Of a stretch of DNA of 64,000 nt, positions 50,660 through 60,521 are shown piece by piece; the stretch's first letter is position 1; each line of letters opens with the position of its first letter. The position numbers and the translations under genes were made by a program. The DNA comes from Azolla caroliniana. Its lineage: Eukaryota; Plantae; Polypodiophyta. The notes under the pieces were generated by a model. It was not told where the DNA came from. It saw only the letters and a program-made list of their open reading frames with translations, and did no database searches. Location of the stretch: NCBI GenBank assembly GCA_043228905.1, contig JBHGNT010000001.1, forward strand, positions 2,170,001-2,234,000, read 5' to 3'.

Positions 50660-53275
50660 ATGATCTCCACATCCGTCCTCCTCATCTTGCCCTCAGGAAC
50701 ACACGAGTCGGATCAATGCAAGAAGCTTCACAACCCAAGAACTCCTCTCAATGGTATCCATCGAGCTTCTTCTTTGTTGCACACTCAAACTCAGCAGCAG
50801 CAACACCAAAAGATCAATGAAAGAAAGGCCTATTCTGCAATTGAGAATAATCCTGCGTCTGAAAGGAATGTTGACCTTATCCTTCAATCTCTATGCAAAC
50901 AAGGTCATTTGGACAAAGCTTTACATATACTACGTGGAGATACGTCCACACGTCTCACGACGTCTACCTATCTTTCCATCCTTAAGGAATGCATCAAGAG
51001 GAAATCGTCTTCAGGGGCGAAGTGTGTATATGACCACATCACTTTGTATCAAATCGATCTAAATCAGAATGCCATTCTTGGGGATTATCTTGTTATGGCT
51101 CTTGCTCGATGTCGAGACTTAGAAGAAGCTCGACTCTTAGCTGAATCTTTGCCGAAGCTCACCATATACTCTTGGACTGCCCTCATCTCAGCTTATGCTG
51201 AAGTTGGTCGAGGTGATGATTCCCTCTATTTTTATCGATGTATGCTCGATGATGGTATACACCCTGATAAATATACATTCGTGGGTCTTTTCCGTGCTTC
51301 TGGTAGCATAAGAGATCTTTCACAAGGTAAGAGATTGCATTCTGAGGCTCGGATAAAAGGCTATGCTGATGATGTATTTGTTTGTAATAGCATCATTAGT
51401 ATGTATGGTAAGTGTGGAGACATTAAAGAAGCCGAAGAAGTGTTCTGTATGATGATTAAACGTGATGTGGTCTCATGGAATGCTATGTTGTCGGCGTATG
51501 TCGAAATGGAGCAAGGAGAGAGAGCATTGCAACTACTGAGACAAATGTATAAGGAAGGGTGGGATGCAAATGAACATACATGTGTGATCGCTCTTCAGGC
51601 GTGTTGTATCTATGCTGATAATGAGGAGGGTTTTCTCATCGATGGTAACTTTATTAAACCGGTTTCTCTAAGCATCGGGGAGGGTTTACATGCGGATGCG
51701 GAGAAGAAGGGGTTCACATGTGATGTATATGTGGGCACAGCCCTATCAAGCATGTATGCTAAGTGTGGGATGCTTAGGCAAACTGAGCGTATGTTTAGTG
51801 GTTTATCACAACGGAATTTGGTGTCTTGGAATGCTATGCTCTCGGCATATGTAGAAAGGGGTAATGGAGCAAAGGCACTTCGGCTATACCGACATATGCT
51901 AGATGAAGGAGTAACTCCTGACAATCTTACTAGTGTAATTTCCCTCCAAGCATGTGGACTTCTAGTACAAGAGAAAGGAGACATACTTAGTGATGATTCG
52001 AAGCTCATTGCACTTGACATTGGTCGAGCTTTACATGTGGATGTGTTGTGTAGTAACAACTTCACATTGGATGTGTTTATAGGTACCACCCTCTTGGATA
52101 TGTATAGCAAGTGTGGAGCGATTGAGGATGCTGAAGATGTATTTTGTAATTTGCTTGAACGAACTGCCATATCGTGGGTGGCAATGCTGTCCGCATACGT
52201 AGAGCAAGGTCAGGCAGATAAGGCATTGCAATTGTATTGCCTAATGCAAGAAGAAGGAAAAGAAGAAGAAGATCTTCATATATTCAATCAACAAACCTTT
52301 GTCATTGCCTTCCAAGCATGTGGCATAGTTGCGCAAGAGGATAAAGGTAGAGATGCAAGCATATCGATCGAGATCGGGATGGCTCTGCATGCTGATGCAT
52401 GTGAACATGGGTATGCATCAGATGTGGTTGTTGGGACAGCCATCCTGAAAATGTATTGCAATTGTGATAGTATTGCAGATGCGGAGATTATGTTCAATAT
52501 GATGAATGAACGAGACTTAGTAACATGGACTATAATGCTCTCAGCATATGTGGAACAAGGGCAGGGTGAAAAGGCTCTTCACCTCTTTAATGAGATGCAA
52601 CAAGAGAATGTGACCATTGATGAAGTGACCATTACATGTCTTTTGCAAGTGGGAGGTCAACTTGGGAGCTTAGAGCTGTGTAGGGAGCTTCATTTTGCTA
52701 TTGTTGCCGCAGGATGTGATAATATTTCATCAGTCATTGCCACACTTATTCATGCATATGGGAGTTGTGCTAGTATGAAAGATGGGTGGGCAACTCTTGA
52801 TGAGCTTCCAGCACAGGAAATGGTGCCTTGGACGTCTTGCATTTCAGGGTATACAATTGAAGGGAACATCAAGAAGGCATTTTTAAAGCTTGAATGCTCG
52901 CGGCTTTCTGGCCTCCTACCTGATGGCATCACATTTTGTTCCTTGCTCTCGGCCTGTGATCATTCTGGATACGTTACAAGAGCTCTTGAATGTTTTAAGT
53001 CTATGAGTAGGGATTATGGCATAACGCCAAGTATACAACATTATGAGATTATGATAGACCTTTTTGCACGAGCAGGGAACTTTGTGATGGTTGAGAATAT
53101 GTTGGGCGAGATGCCAATGGAAGCAACATCATCCATGTGGATGTCATTGCTGGGTGCATGCTTTCAACACAACAATTCACAACTAGCAAAAGAGGCATTT
53201 GATGTTGCGCTTAGTTTACACCCTAAAGAGGCTAGTCCATACATTTTCATGGCAAATGCCTATGCTGGTCTTTAG
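50660..53275 (+). CDS. PLS-class PPR protein with elongated L motifs and C-terminal E domain, no DYW domain
   Basis: 871-aa intronless ORF with P-L-S triplets (SIISMYGKCGDIKEA..DVVSWNAMLSAY). It ends WMSLLGACFQHNN...EASPYIFMANAY* and has a transit-peptide-like N-terminus. Confidence 0.95.
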   Translation: MISTSVLLILPSGTHESDQCKKLHNPRTPLNGIHRASSLLHTQTQQQQHQKINERKAYSAIENNPASERNVDLILQSLCKQGHLDKALHILRGDTSTRLTTSTYLSILKECIKRKSSSGAKCVYDHITLYQIDLNQNAILGDYLVMALARCRDLEEARLLAESLPKLTIYSWTALISAYAEVGRGDDSLYFYRCMLDDGIHPDKYTFVGLFRASGSIRDLSQGKRLHSEARIKGYADDVFVCNSIISMYGKCGDIKEAEEVFCMMIKRDVVSWNAMLSAYVEMEQGERALQLLRQMYKEGWDANEHTCVIALQACCIYADNEEGFLIDGNFIKPVSLSIGEGLHADAEKKGFTCDVYVGTALSSMYAKCGMLRQTERMFSGLSQRNLVSWNAMLSAYVERGNGAKALRLYRHMLDEGVTPDNLTSVISLQACGLLVQEKGDILSDDSKLIALDIGRALHVDVLCSNNFTLDVFIGTTLLDMYSKCGAIEDAEDVFCNLLERTAISWVAMLSAYVEQGQADKALQLYCLMQEEGKEEEDLHIFNQQTFVIAFQACGIVAQEDKGRDASISIEIGMALHADACEHGYASDVVVGTAILKMYCNCDSIADAEIMFNMMNERDLVTWTIMLSAYVEQGQGEKALHLFNEMQQENVTIDEVTITCLLQVGGQLGSLELCRELHFAIVAAGCDNISSVIATLIHAYGSCASMKDGWATLDELPAQEMVPWTSCISGYTIEGNIKKAFLKLECSRLSGLLPDGITFCSLLSACDHSGYVTRALECFKSMSRDYGITPSIQHYEIMIDLFARAGNFVMVENMLGEMPMEATSSMWMSLLGACFQHNNSQLAKEAFDVALSLHPKEASPYIFMANAYAGL

Positions 53276-55060
53276 CTCCAAGAGATATGGAAATAGGTTA
53301 AGAACATTATTAAACCCCATTCATCAATCTTTGTGACTACAGCCGGATCTTCCCACCACACTGGAATTGTAATATGTATATAAACTGAAAGGCTTCCATA
53401 TTGGTGATGGTTGAGGTTTAGAGGATTGTCACATACACGTGGAAGTCACAACAAGCTATAGAGGGTCTGCCTTCACGTGGATATGAGGGAAGATTCTGCA
53501 CTCAGATGGGGTGACCCAACTTTACAAATCCCGGCTTGTGTCCAGCCATTGGCGAATGTTGTTCACCAATGCCATACTATACATACATCCATTCATATTA
53601 CATATACACATACATGTTGGTATGCAGATGCATATACGCATACACGTTGTGTCTTGAATTCGTAAGGGGTGCATATCGTACGTCCAACCTTTCAACATAT
53701 GTACTCACTTATTGCTGAGTTAAAGGTATCTCTTGAATTGATATATAACTTTATTGTTTGTGATCATATGCAGAGGTCTCCATCAGAGTATGTATACGAC
53801 GCAACTACATTCTTGTGGCCTTTATGCGTAAACGTCATCATCATCTCTTTGAACTTCTTGGAGCTCAAAATCTGCACCTCTTGACCACATTTCCACCCTT
53901 GTATATGAAGCCTGGTCATTATTAAAAACCCATTCTTGTTGGCATTTCACAAACCTTATAATGGATGGTCTAGACCAGATGAGGGAAAAAAGGCTTATAG
54001 CTTTTATAATCATGATTTGAATGGTAAGGTAATGGCTCGATATACTGTAGTGGATTGAAGATTTGGTATGTCCATGCTATTAGAGTGATGTTTCTCCATC
54101 CTCAACCCCCTAAAAGGGAAAATGCTCAAAAGAGTAGTCTAATTGGTCACCAGCTTAGCTCGGGTCAGAAATGTTTCGTCTTGTAACATCCTGTTATGAA
54201 TAGTGTACTTAGAACCTCAAATGTGTGTGCCACGACAGGAAACATAGGCACATACACATCAGATATGTTTACTTGACTTGAAACCACCCATATATGTGTC
54301 ACCTCATTGAACATAGAATAGCCCACACAATTCATTTAATTATAGGTGGGAAATGAAGGTAAATAAACTAACAATTGTGCATGGACTTACAACTAAAATG
54401 CAAGTGTTGTATTTCTACAAGTGTATACTTGTTGCTCCAAGTTAGTACAAACATAAATTTGTTGGTTGAACTTAGATGTTATGTTGGACTATTATTTGTA
54501 GTGAAGGTTTCTACATCAAATGGAAGGGGAAGTCACAAACAAAGGTTGGTGATTTGTATTGGCTGGTAGCTTGGTTGCCAAACTATAATAACAAGCTATG
54601 GATACTTTTTCTACATGCACATTGCAAACCACTTTTTATGGTGTTAAAAAACCAACATAACTTTCGTTATTCCAATATTCAATATAAGAACTCTATCTTC
54701 ACATATGGCTTGGAGAGCATCTCAATGATTTTGAAGCTTCTCTAGTGTGTCAAAATGAGCAGAACATTAGCTTAGAACAAAATATTGATATCATCACTCT
54801 TGTTTGGTTATTTGCAACACCTTCTTTGATAATTTTGAGAGCTTGCAAAGACCAAACAAAGTGGGAAATGGTGGACATCCTCGTGGGATTTTGGCAAAAC
54901 TTAATGTTTTGAACTAATCACTCAGTCCCTACAAATCCTACTCCATGAAGAATGCAAGAAAGAGGGAAAACAATGGCAAATTTAGGACGTGACACAATCA
55001 TATAGATCAAAGCCTAGAAATAAAACAAATGGTGTATTAGGTGCCACAAAGAAATTCATT

Positions 55061-57664
55061 TTAACGAGCCGACACAATGGAGACTTGCCACAAGTCGATG
55101 AAGCGCGTTGTGCCCATAGACGATCTCGACTGGTTAGTGTTGTGCGTTGTTGTGGTCGTAAACGTTCCAAAGCTCGATGTGAAATGTTGATACGTATGTT
55201 GATGATCGTGGGCATCATCACCATCGGCCTCGAAGAAGTGTGAGGAGCCAGCGAAATAGTCACAGACGGGGGGGTCGGGTACGGAGGTGAGGTCGGTGAG
55301 CATTTCTAAGACCTTGGCCATGGGGGGCCGGAGGTCGAGGTCTTCCTGGAGGCACCAGAGGGCGAGCTTAGCGAGGGAGCGGGCGTGGGCAGGGTCAATG
55401 GAGGCGGACGAGGTGCGGACGCGAGGGTCGAGGAGCTCGAGGAGGTCGCGTGTGGGGTCAGCGAGGATGTCGAAGGCGAGGCCGGGCAAGAATGGGAGGT
55501 TGCGGGCGAGGGAGCGGCGACCGGCTAGGAGCTCGAGGAGGACCACCCCGAAGCTGTAGACGTCGGAAGCGGGGGTGATGGAGTCGGGCTGGGTCCATTC
55601 GGGGGCCAGGTACCCAAACGTCCCGCGGACGTCCCCGAGGCTGCCGGACAGCCCAAGGCTCGTGTCGGGACCCCCTGTCTTTGGCTTCTTCGGCCTCGGC
55701 CGGAGGAGGCCGGACAGGTGCCACACCTTGTTGTCCCCGGACAAGAGTGAGCCCTGACTCCTTGACGGCGCCGTCAGCGCGCCGTCATCGTCTCCTGCGT
55801 CTGCGTCTGCGTCTGCGTCTGTGTCGTCGTGGTGCCCGCCATCGCCATCGCCATCGCCATGGTGAGCTGCTGCTGCTGCAGCCAGAAGCTTCGCGAGGCC
55901 GAAATCTGAGACCTTCGCCTCCCATTCCTCGTCGAGCAGGATGTTCTCCGGCTTCACATCGCAGTGAATCACCCTGCTCCTCTCGTCCCCTTCGTGGAGG
56001 AACGCCAGAGCCCGCGCTGTGTCCATCGCGATGGCGTGCCTCCTCTCCCAGCTCAGAACCACCTGGCCATGGCCTCCCGCCTTTCCTTCTCCTCCCTCCT
56101 TTCCTTCACTGCTGAAGAGAGCCTTGTTTAGAGACCCGTTCGCCATGAGCTCATAGACGAGTATTCTGTGCTCATCCTCCGCGCAGAAGCCGCAGAGCGG
56201 AACCAGGTTTCGGTGTCTTCTCTCTCCGATCGACCTCACTTCTGCGTAGAATCCTTTCCTGCAGGCCATGCTTGAGGTATCCATGAAAACTTTCACTGCG
56301 ATCTTGCTTCCCGTGTCAGGAAACTTTCCTTCATACACAGCGCCATAGCCACCTTCTCCGAGCTTCTTCTCAAATCCATTCGTTGCTTTCATTATCTCTG
56401 CGTATGTGAACCTCGGTGGGAGACCTGAGCCAAGAGTCTCTAGAAGAACTTCGTCTGCATGGTTCAGCCTCTTCTGTTTCTTCTTCTTCTTCTCCAGCAA
56501 TGTCTTCAGCTTCAGCTTCATCAGCATCATGACGTTGATCATCTGCTTTTTCATCTTCATCTTCGAGTACTGGTTTTCTTCATCTGTTGATTTTCTTCCT
56601 CTCCATATTACGAAGAGGAACAAGAGAATTACAACCACAAGCACAAAGGAAGCTACAGGAATTGCGATCTTGATAGCCAGATCTCTCTTCTGGTTTCTAT
56701 GGATCTCATCTTCTGCATCTTGCCCATCTGTTGCCAATTGACTCTCAGCAGGTGGAACAACTGCAATTTCTTGAAATTTCCTTCTTTTTGCGGAAGGATC
56801 GTGGTGCAAAAATATGACTTCAGAGTTCCTTCTCCCCCGTCTTATTGCAGAAGGATTAACCTGGGATCTGTCTTGAAGGTCCTTTCTGATTCTTCTTCTC
56901 GAAAAAGAAGAAGACAAAGAAAAAGAAAAATCAAGTTGCAAACTTCTGCCTTGAGTTAGTTTTTCTCTTGCAGAAGAAAGATCCGCAAATTCCCCATTGT
57001 TTCTATGGATTTCTCTGTTGTCATGGGCAATAATAACCGACGGATTTGCAGGTAATAAAGGGAGAGTTACTATTTCTTGAACTTTTCTCCTTCTTCTCTT
57101 TCGTGCAGAAGGACCAAGGTAAGATGATCTTTCTTCAAAAAACTTCCTTGCAGAAGGTTGAAGCATGTGTTTTCCTTCAACCATCGCTTCTTCTACAAAT
57201 GTCCTTCTAAGTTGCCTTCCCGCAGAGAGGACATTAAGTTGCAACAATCCGTCATCAAATTTCCTCCTCCTTCGGCCAAAAGGATAAAGTCTGACTCTGT
57301 GGGGATGGAAGCTCCGCTGAAACGTGCAATTCTCTCTACCTATCCTGATCAAATCGCCTTTATGGACAGTTGAATCATTGAATTGATTGGCAATTGAATT
57401 ATCAGATTCCTTGGCAATTGAATCATCAGACTGATGACCGATTGAGTTATCAGATTCTGTTGCAATTGATGCATCAGGTTGATTAGCAAAAAGATCGAAT
57501 TTATTAGCATCCAAAACATCAGATTGATTGGCTAAGTCAGTACTGCTAATCACCATCGCAACTGAGAAAGCACGAGGATATGATCCGCCGAACAACAACA
57601 AGGTCAGAAAATAATGACAGATTAACTGAAAATAACGGCACCGTGGTGTTGCTCCACAGCCCAT
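55061..57664 (-). CDS. Intronless receptor-like Ser/Thr kinase, non-RD, SD-2-like kinase domain with atypical ectodomain
   Basis: 867-aa ORF with signal peptide, TM segment IAIPVASFVLVVVILLFLFVIW, GLPPRFTY..ATNGFEKKLGEGGYGAVYEG, IAVK, IHCDVKPENILL, DFG, RGTFGYLAPEW, DVYSFGVVLLEL and ALWCLQED..LRPPM. Confidence 0.93.
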   Translation of the reverse strand: MGCGATPRCRYFQLICHYFLTLLLFGGSYPRAFSVAMVISSTDLANQSDVLDANKFDLFANQPDASIATESDNSIGHQSDDSIAKESDNSIANQFNDSTVHKGDLIRIGRENCTFQRSFHPHRVRLYPFGRRRRKFDDGLLQLNVLSAGRQLRRTFVEEAMVEGKHMLQPSARKFFEERSSYLGPSARKRRRRKVQEIVTLPLLPANPSVIIAHDNREIHRNNGEFADLSSAREKLTQGRSLQLDFSFSLSSSFSRRRIRKDLQDRSQVNPSAIRRGRRNSEVIFLHHDPSAKRRKFQEIAVVPPAESQLATDGQDAEDEIHRNQKRDLAIKIAIPVASFVLVVVILLFLFVIWRGRKSTDEENQYSKMKMKKQMINVMMLMKLKLKTLLEKKKKKQKRLNHADEVLLETLGSGLPPRFTYAEIMKATNGFEKKLGEGGYGAVYEGKFPDTGSKIAVKVFMDTSSMACRKGFYAEVRSIGERRHRNLVPLCGFCAEDEHRILVYELMANGSLNKALFSSEGKEGGEGKAGGHGQVVLSWERRHAIAMDTARALAFLHEGDERSRVIHCDVKPENILLDEEWEAKVSDFGLAKLLAAAAAAHHGDGDGDGGHHDDTDADADADAGDDDGALTAPSRSQGSLLSGDNKVWHLSGLLRPRPKKPKTGGPDTSLGLSGSLGDVRGTFGYLAPEWTQPDSITPASDVYSFGVVLLELLAGRRSLARNLPFLPGLAFDILADPTRDLLELLDPRVRTSSASIDPAHARSLAKLALWCLQEDLDLRPPMAKVLEMLTDLTSVPDPPVCDYFAGSSHFFEADGDDAHDHQHTYQHFTSSFGTFTTTTTHNTNQSRSSMGTTRFIDLWQVSIVSAR
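57362..57545 (-). repeat. Coding 24-bp (8-aa) tandem repeat in the RLK ectodomain
   Basis: Translation reads DLANQSDV LDANKFDL FANQPDAS IATESDNS IGHQSDDS IAKESDNS IANQFNDS. Confidence 0.8.
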
Positions 57665-58057
57665 TTTTTTTGCATGTAAAAACCTTAGGAGATGTATGGA
57701 TATAGATCACTCAGATGAAACCTTCGATAAAAACCCTATCCCTTCTACACACCTCTCGTATTAATGAATGGCTTGTCGATGAACTAACGATTTGTTATGA
57801 GAAACCTTTAAAACTTTAAGAAAAAACCAGAAGTCTTTGCTCCACATGTGATCCTTGAAACAATTACTTTCTCCGACTAGCATATAATCTTAGAAAAACC
57901 TTTTTATATGTGGAAAAACCTTGGAGATGTCTTTTATGTATGGTGTGTTTCTTCTTAACACGCTTGTTCTTTGATAATCACCTCTTGTTCAATGAACCTC
58001 ATTTTCTCTTGACTATAGGTATTGCTTTCCAAACCGTATGATCGGTCCTCGGACATT

Positions 58058-58722
58058 GGGTCCATCCCTTCCGCCCGTGCATACATAGACATGTATTCAT
58101 AGTGTCTCCTCGTGGGTCCATCCCTCTATGCAGACATAAACATGCATTCATAGTGTCTCTTCATGGGGTCCATCCGTCTGTGCATACATCGACATGCATT
58201 CATATTGTCTCTCTGTGGGTGTTATGGGTACAACTATATACTATCCCGTGGTAAGATTGTGCCGTAGTATTCTATAAACGTGGATAAAGTGTGACGTTAA
58301 ACGAGAGTGTAAAGAAGGGAATGATTGCTTTTAATCCTTGGTTGAGACTCTATCCTCGTGGTGATCAACCCTTGAAGCAAGCGCGCCAATATCAGGTACG
58401 ACTCGATTCAAGAGTTGATCACCACGAGGACAAAGTCCTGACGTAGTTGATAATGTGTCAAATGAGGGTAGCTAAGCCTCATATTTGTAGCCAGACCTAA
58501 GGCCCCCATGCAAGTTCACGCTTGGCCTTAATGGGTTGTCTCAATCCCAAGGATTAAAAGCAATCCTTCCCTTCTTTACACTCTCGTTTAACCCTCACAC
58601 TTTATCCACGTGTAAAGAATACTACGGTACAATCTTATCACGGGATATTATATGGTCATGCCCATAACAGTGGGTCCATCCGTCCGTGCATACATAGACA
58701 TGCATTCATAGTGTCTCTCCAT
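58058..58722. repeat. ~52-bp minisatellite, four units, fourth unit interrupted by an insertion
   Basis: GGGTCCATCC..C.GTGCATACATAGACATGCATTCATAGTGTCTC at ~58058, ~58112, ~58164 and 58215/58670. Confidence 0.88.
58220..58669. mobile_element. 450-bp non-autonomous fold-back element (MITE-like) with TGT...ACA ends, ~130-bp TIRs and a 5-bp TSD (GTGGG)
   Basis: Left arm 58220-58348 is the reverse complement of right arm 58538-58669 with scattered mismatches. GTGGG lies at both 58215-58219 and 58670-58674. Confidence 0.9.
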
Positions 58723-59350
58723 GCATGCATACATTAGGATGTCAAGCATTTACTAACAATTATGCTTCCCACCATTGTTTACCGCATGGGCCAACTCCAC
58801 ATAACTCTCCTAGTTCGGACACACATTCATATCAATGAGTTTGTTTTGACACATACCATTGTAAGAACATGCACACTTTGTTTCCTCCTCTCATATTTTT
58901 AAGATATAATCTTCTTATGCATCCCTTTGGGTCTCGTAACACAAAATATCATCTCTCCTTGGATCTCATAGGTCTTATCCCTTTGCGAGTATGAAGAGGA
59001 TATATAGTTTCTATCTATCTTTAAAGAGTGTGTACATGTCTTATAAGGAATGTGGTCTCCAATTTTGATTTTGTTTCTTTTTAGAAGGCATCATGGTGTT
59101 AGCCTATGTTAAGTGCGAGCAAACATATCACCTTTGACTTTAACACTGAGATATATTAATCATAGGTGGAAAACCTCAAAGTGAGACACAAACCCTAAAA
59201 CAATTGTATCCAAGACGTGCAAAGTTAGAAATATTGAAAAAATAGGGCTTAAAATGCCCAACAGTGTCATGGACGATGCTCCAACATATGGTTTACGCCC
59301 AATCATTCTGGATAATTCTTGCATCCCTAGTCTTGATGCAATTGTTGGCA

Positions 59351-59353
<3 letters not shown>

Positions 59354-59393
<40 letters not shown>
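59354..59393. repeat. (CT)n microsatellite
   Basis: Direct CT run. Confidence 0.9.
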
Positions 59394-59395
<2 letters not shown>

Positions 59396-60402
59396 GGCAT
59401 ACCATTCTAATGGCACATGAAAATTGAGGTTGTCTCATGTACTAATATTATTGGCAATCATAGAATGGTCATCAATGAACCTCACTTGTGGGTCATGCCT
59501 CAAGGTCTCTACATCGCCCTTTCTTTCAGCGGCCCCAAGAACTTTTGAAGTTTGCATCTTTGAAATTTAGAATAGATTTTTGTGTATGCAAACAAATTAG
59601 TTGATGGGACATGTGAGAATGTATTCGTACATTTGGTGCTGTGAATTTATCCCACTTAATGTCTAGTTGAATCCACTCTTTGTTATCTCTACCGGATATT
59701 GTTTATGCTTGGATGAGGTTTGATAATTCGATGGATGTATGTCTATACGCTCGCGTGAATTACATTTGGAAAATTATATTTTACACTTTGGGTGGAAATT
59801 TGATGGTTTTGTCCATGGGTGCATGTGGTGATTCGATATCCACCTTATATGTGAACATACTCTATTCTTCTAATGCTCGATTGGTCATGGTTTGCCTTCA
59901 TACCTGCTCTAGTTCACCAATGTACAAAGTCATACATGAAAGATGAGTAGTGTCCTAGGTTTTCTTTAACTCTCAAATAAAGAATTGTGTAAAAGAACTT
60001 TGTTTTTTAACACATATTATTATGATCCTCAAGAAGTAGCAAAAGGTTTCTCACTAATAATCAAATGTCATGCAAAGGATCGTTAAGAGCATTTACATTA
60101 TTATTATTTTGATTATATGGATGCTAGCTAACAATGTATCATCATATGTCAATTTAGGTAACAACAAAAGCCTCGACTTATAATTGTGTAAAAGAAGTAA
60201 AACAAATAAAAAGAACAAATGTCACGATGTGTTACAACGATCTTTCAAACCTGGAATACCATAAATTTTGAATTGCTTTTCCCATTGTTCAAACTTCATA
60301 TCATTGTTTGTCAAACATGAATTGCAAACGTGACAAACTAAATTGACCAACGTGAACACATATTTGTTTACAAGGGATATTGGGACCTTTTTTTCAAGCC
60401 AT

Positions 60403-60521
60403 AGAGAGGATCAACAAAGCAAACAATTAGAGGACGAGCAAATCAAACAATGAGAGGATGAACAAATCAAACAATGAGAGGACAAACAAATCAAACAATG
60501 AGAGGATGAACAAATCAAACC
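60403..60521. repeat. 24-bp tandem repeat, ~5 units
   Basis: GAGAGGATGAACAAATCAAACAAT units. Confidence 0.88.

Noticed and set aside
53669-53884. ORF after PPR2 faintly resembling E+ (YSLIAELK...EYVYDAT)
   Set aside because: Similarity is weak and the GT-AG interval needed (48 nt) is too short for a typical plant intron.
55287-56115. Arg-rich overlapping ORFs on the plus strand and alternative frames of the RLK
   Set aside because: Expected from high GC content (few stop codons); no recognisable domain.
58349-58537. Cassandra-type 5S rRNA, hammerhead ribozyme or IscB omegaRNA identity for the hairpin core
   Set aside because: Only scattered 6-9-nt matches; no 5S A/C boxes, no CUGANGA/GAAA core and no adjacent nuclease ORF.
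58058-58722. CRISPR-like interpretation of the 52-bp repeats (also the 24-bp and 169-bp arrays)
   Set aside because: Units are contiguous with no unique spacers, there are no cas genes, and the context is eukaryotic.
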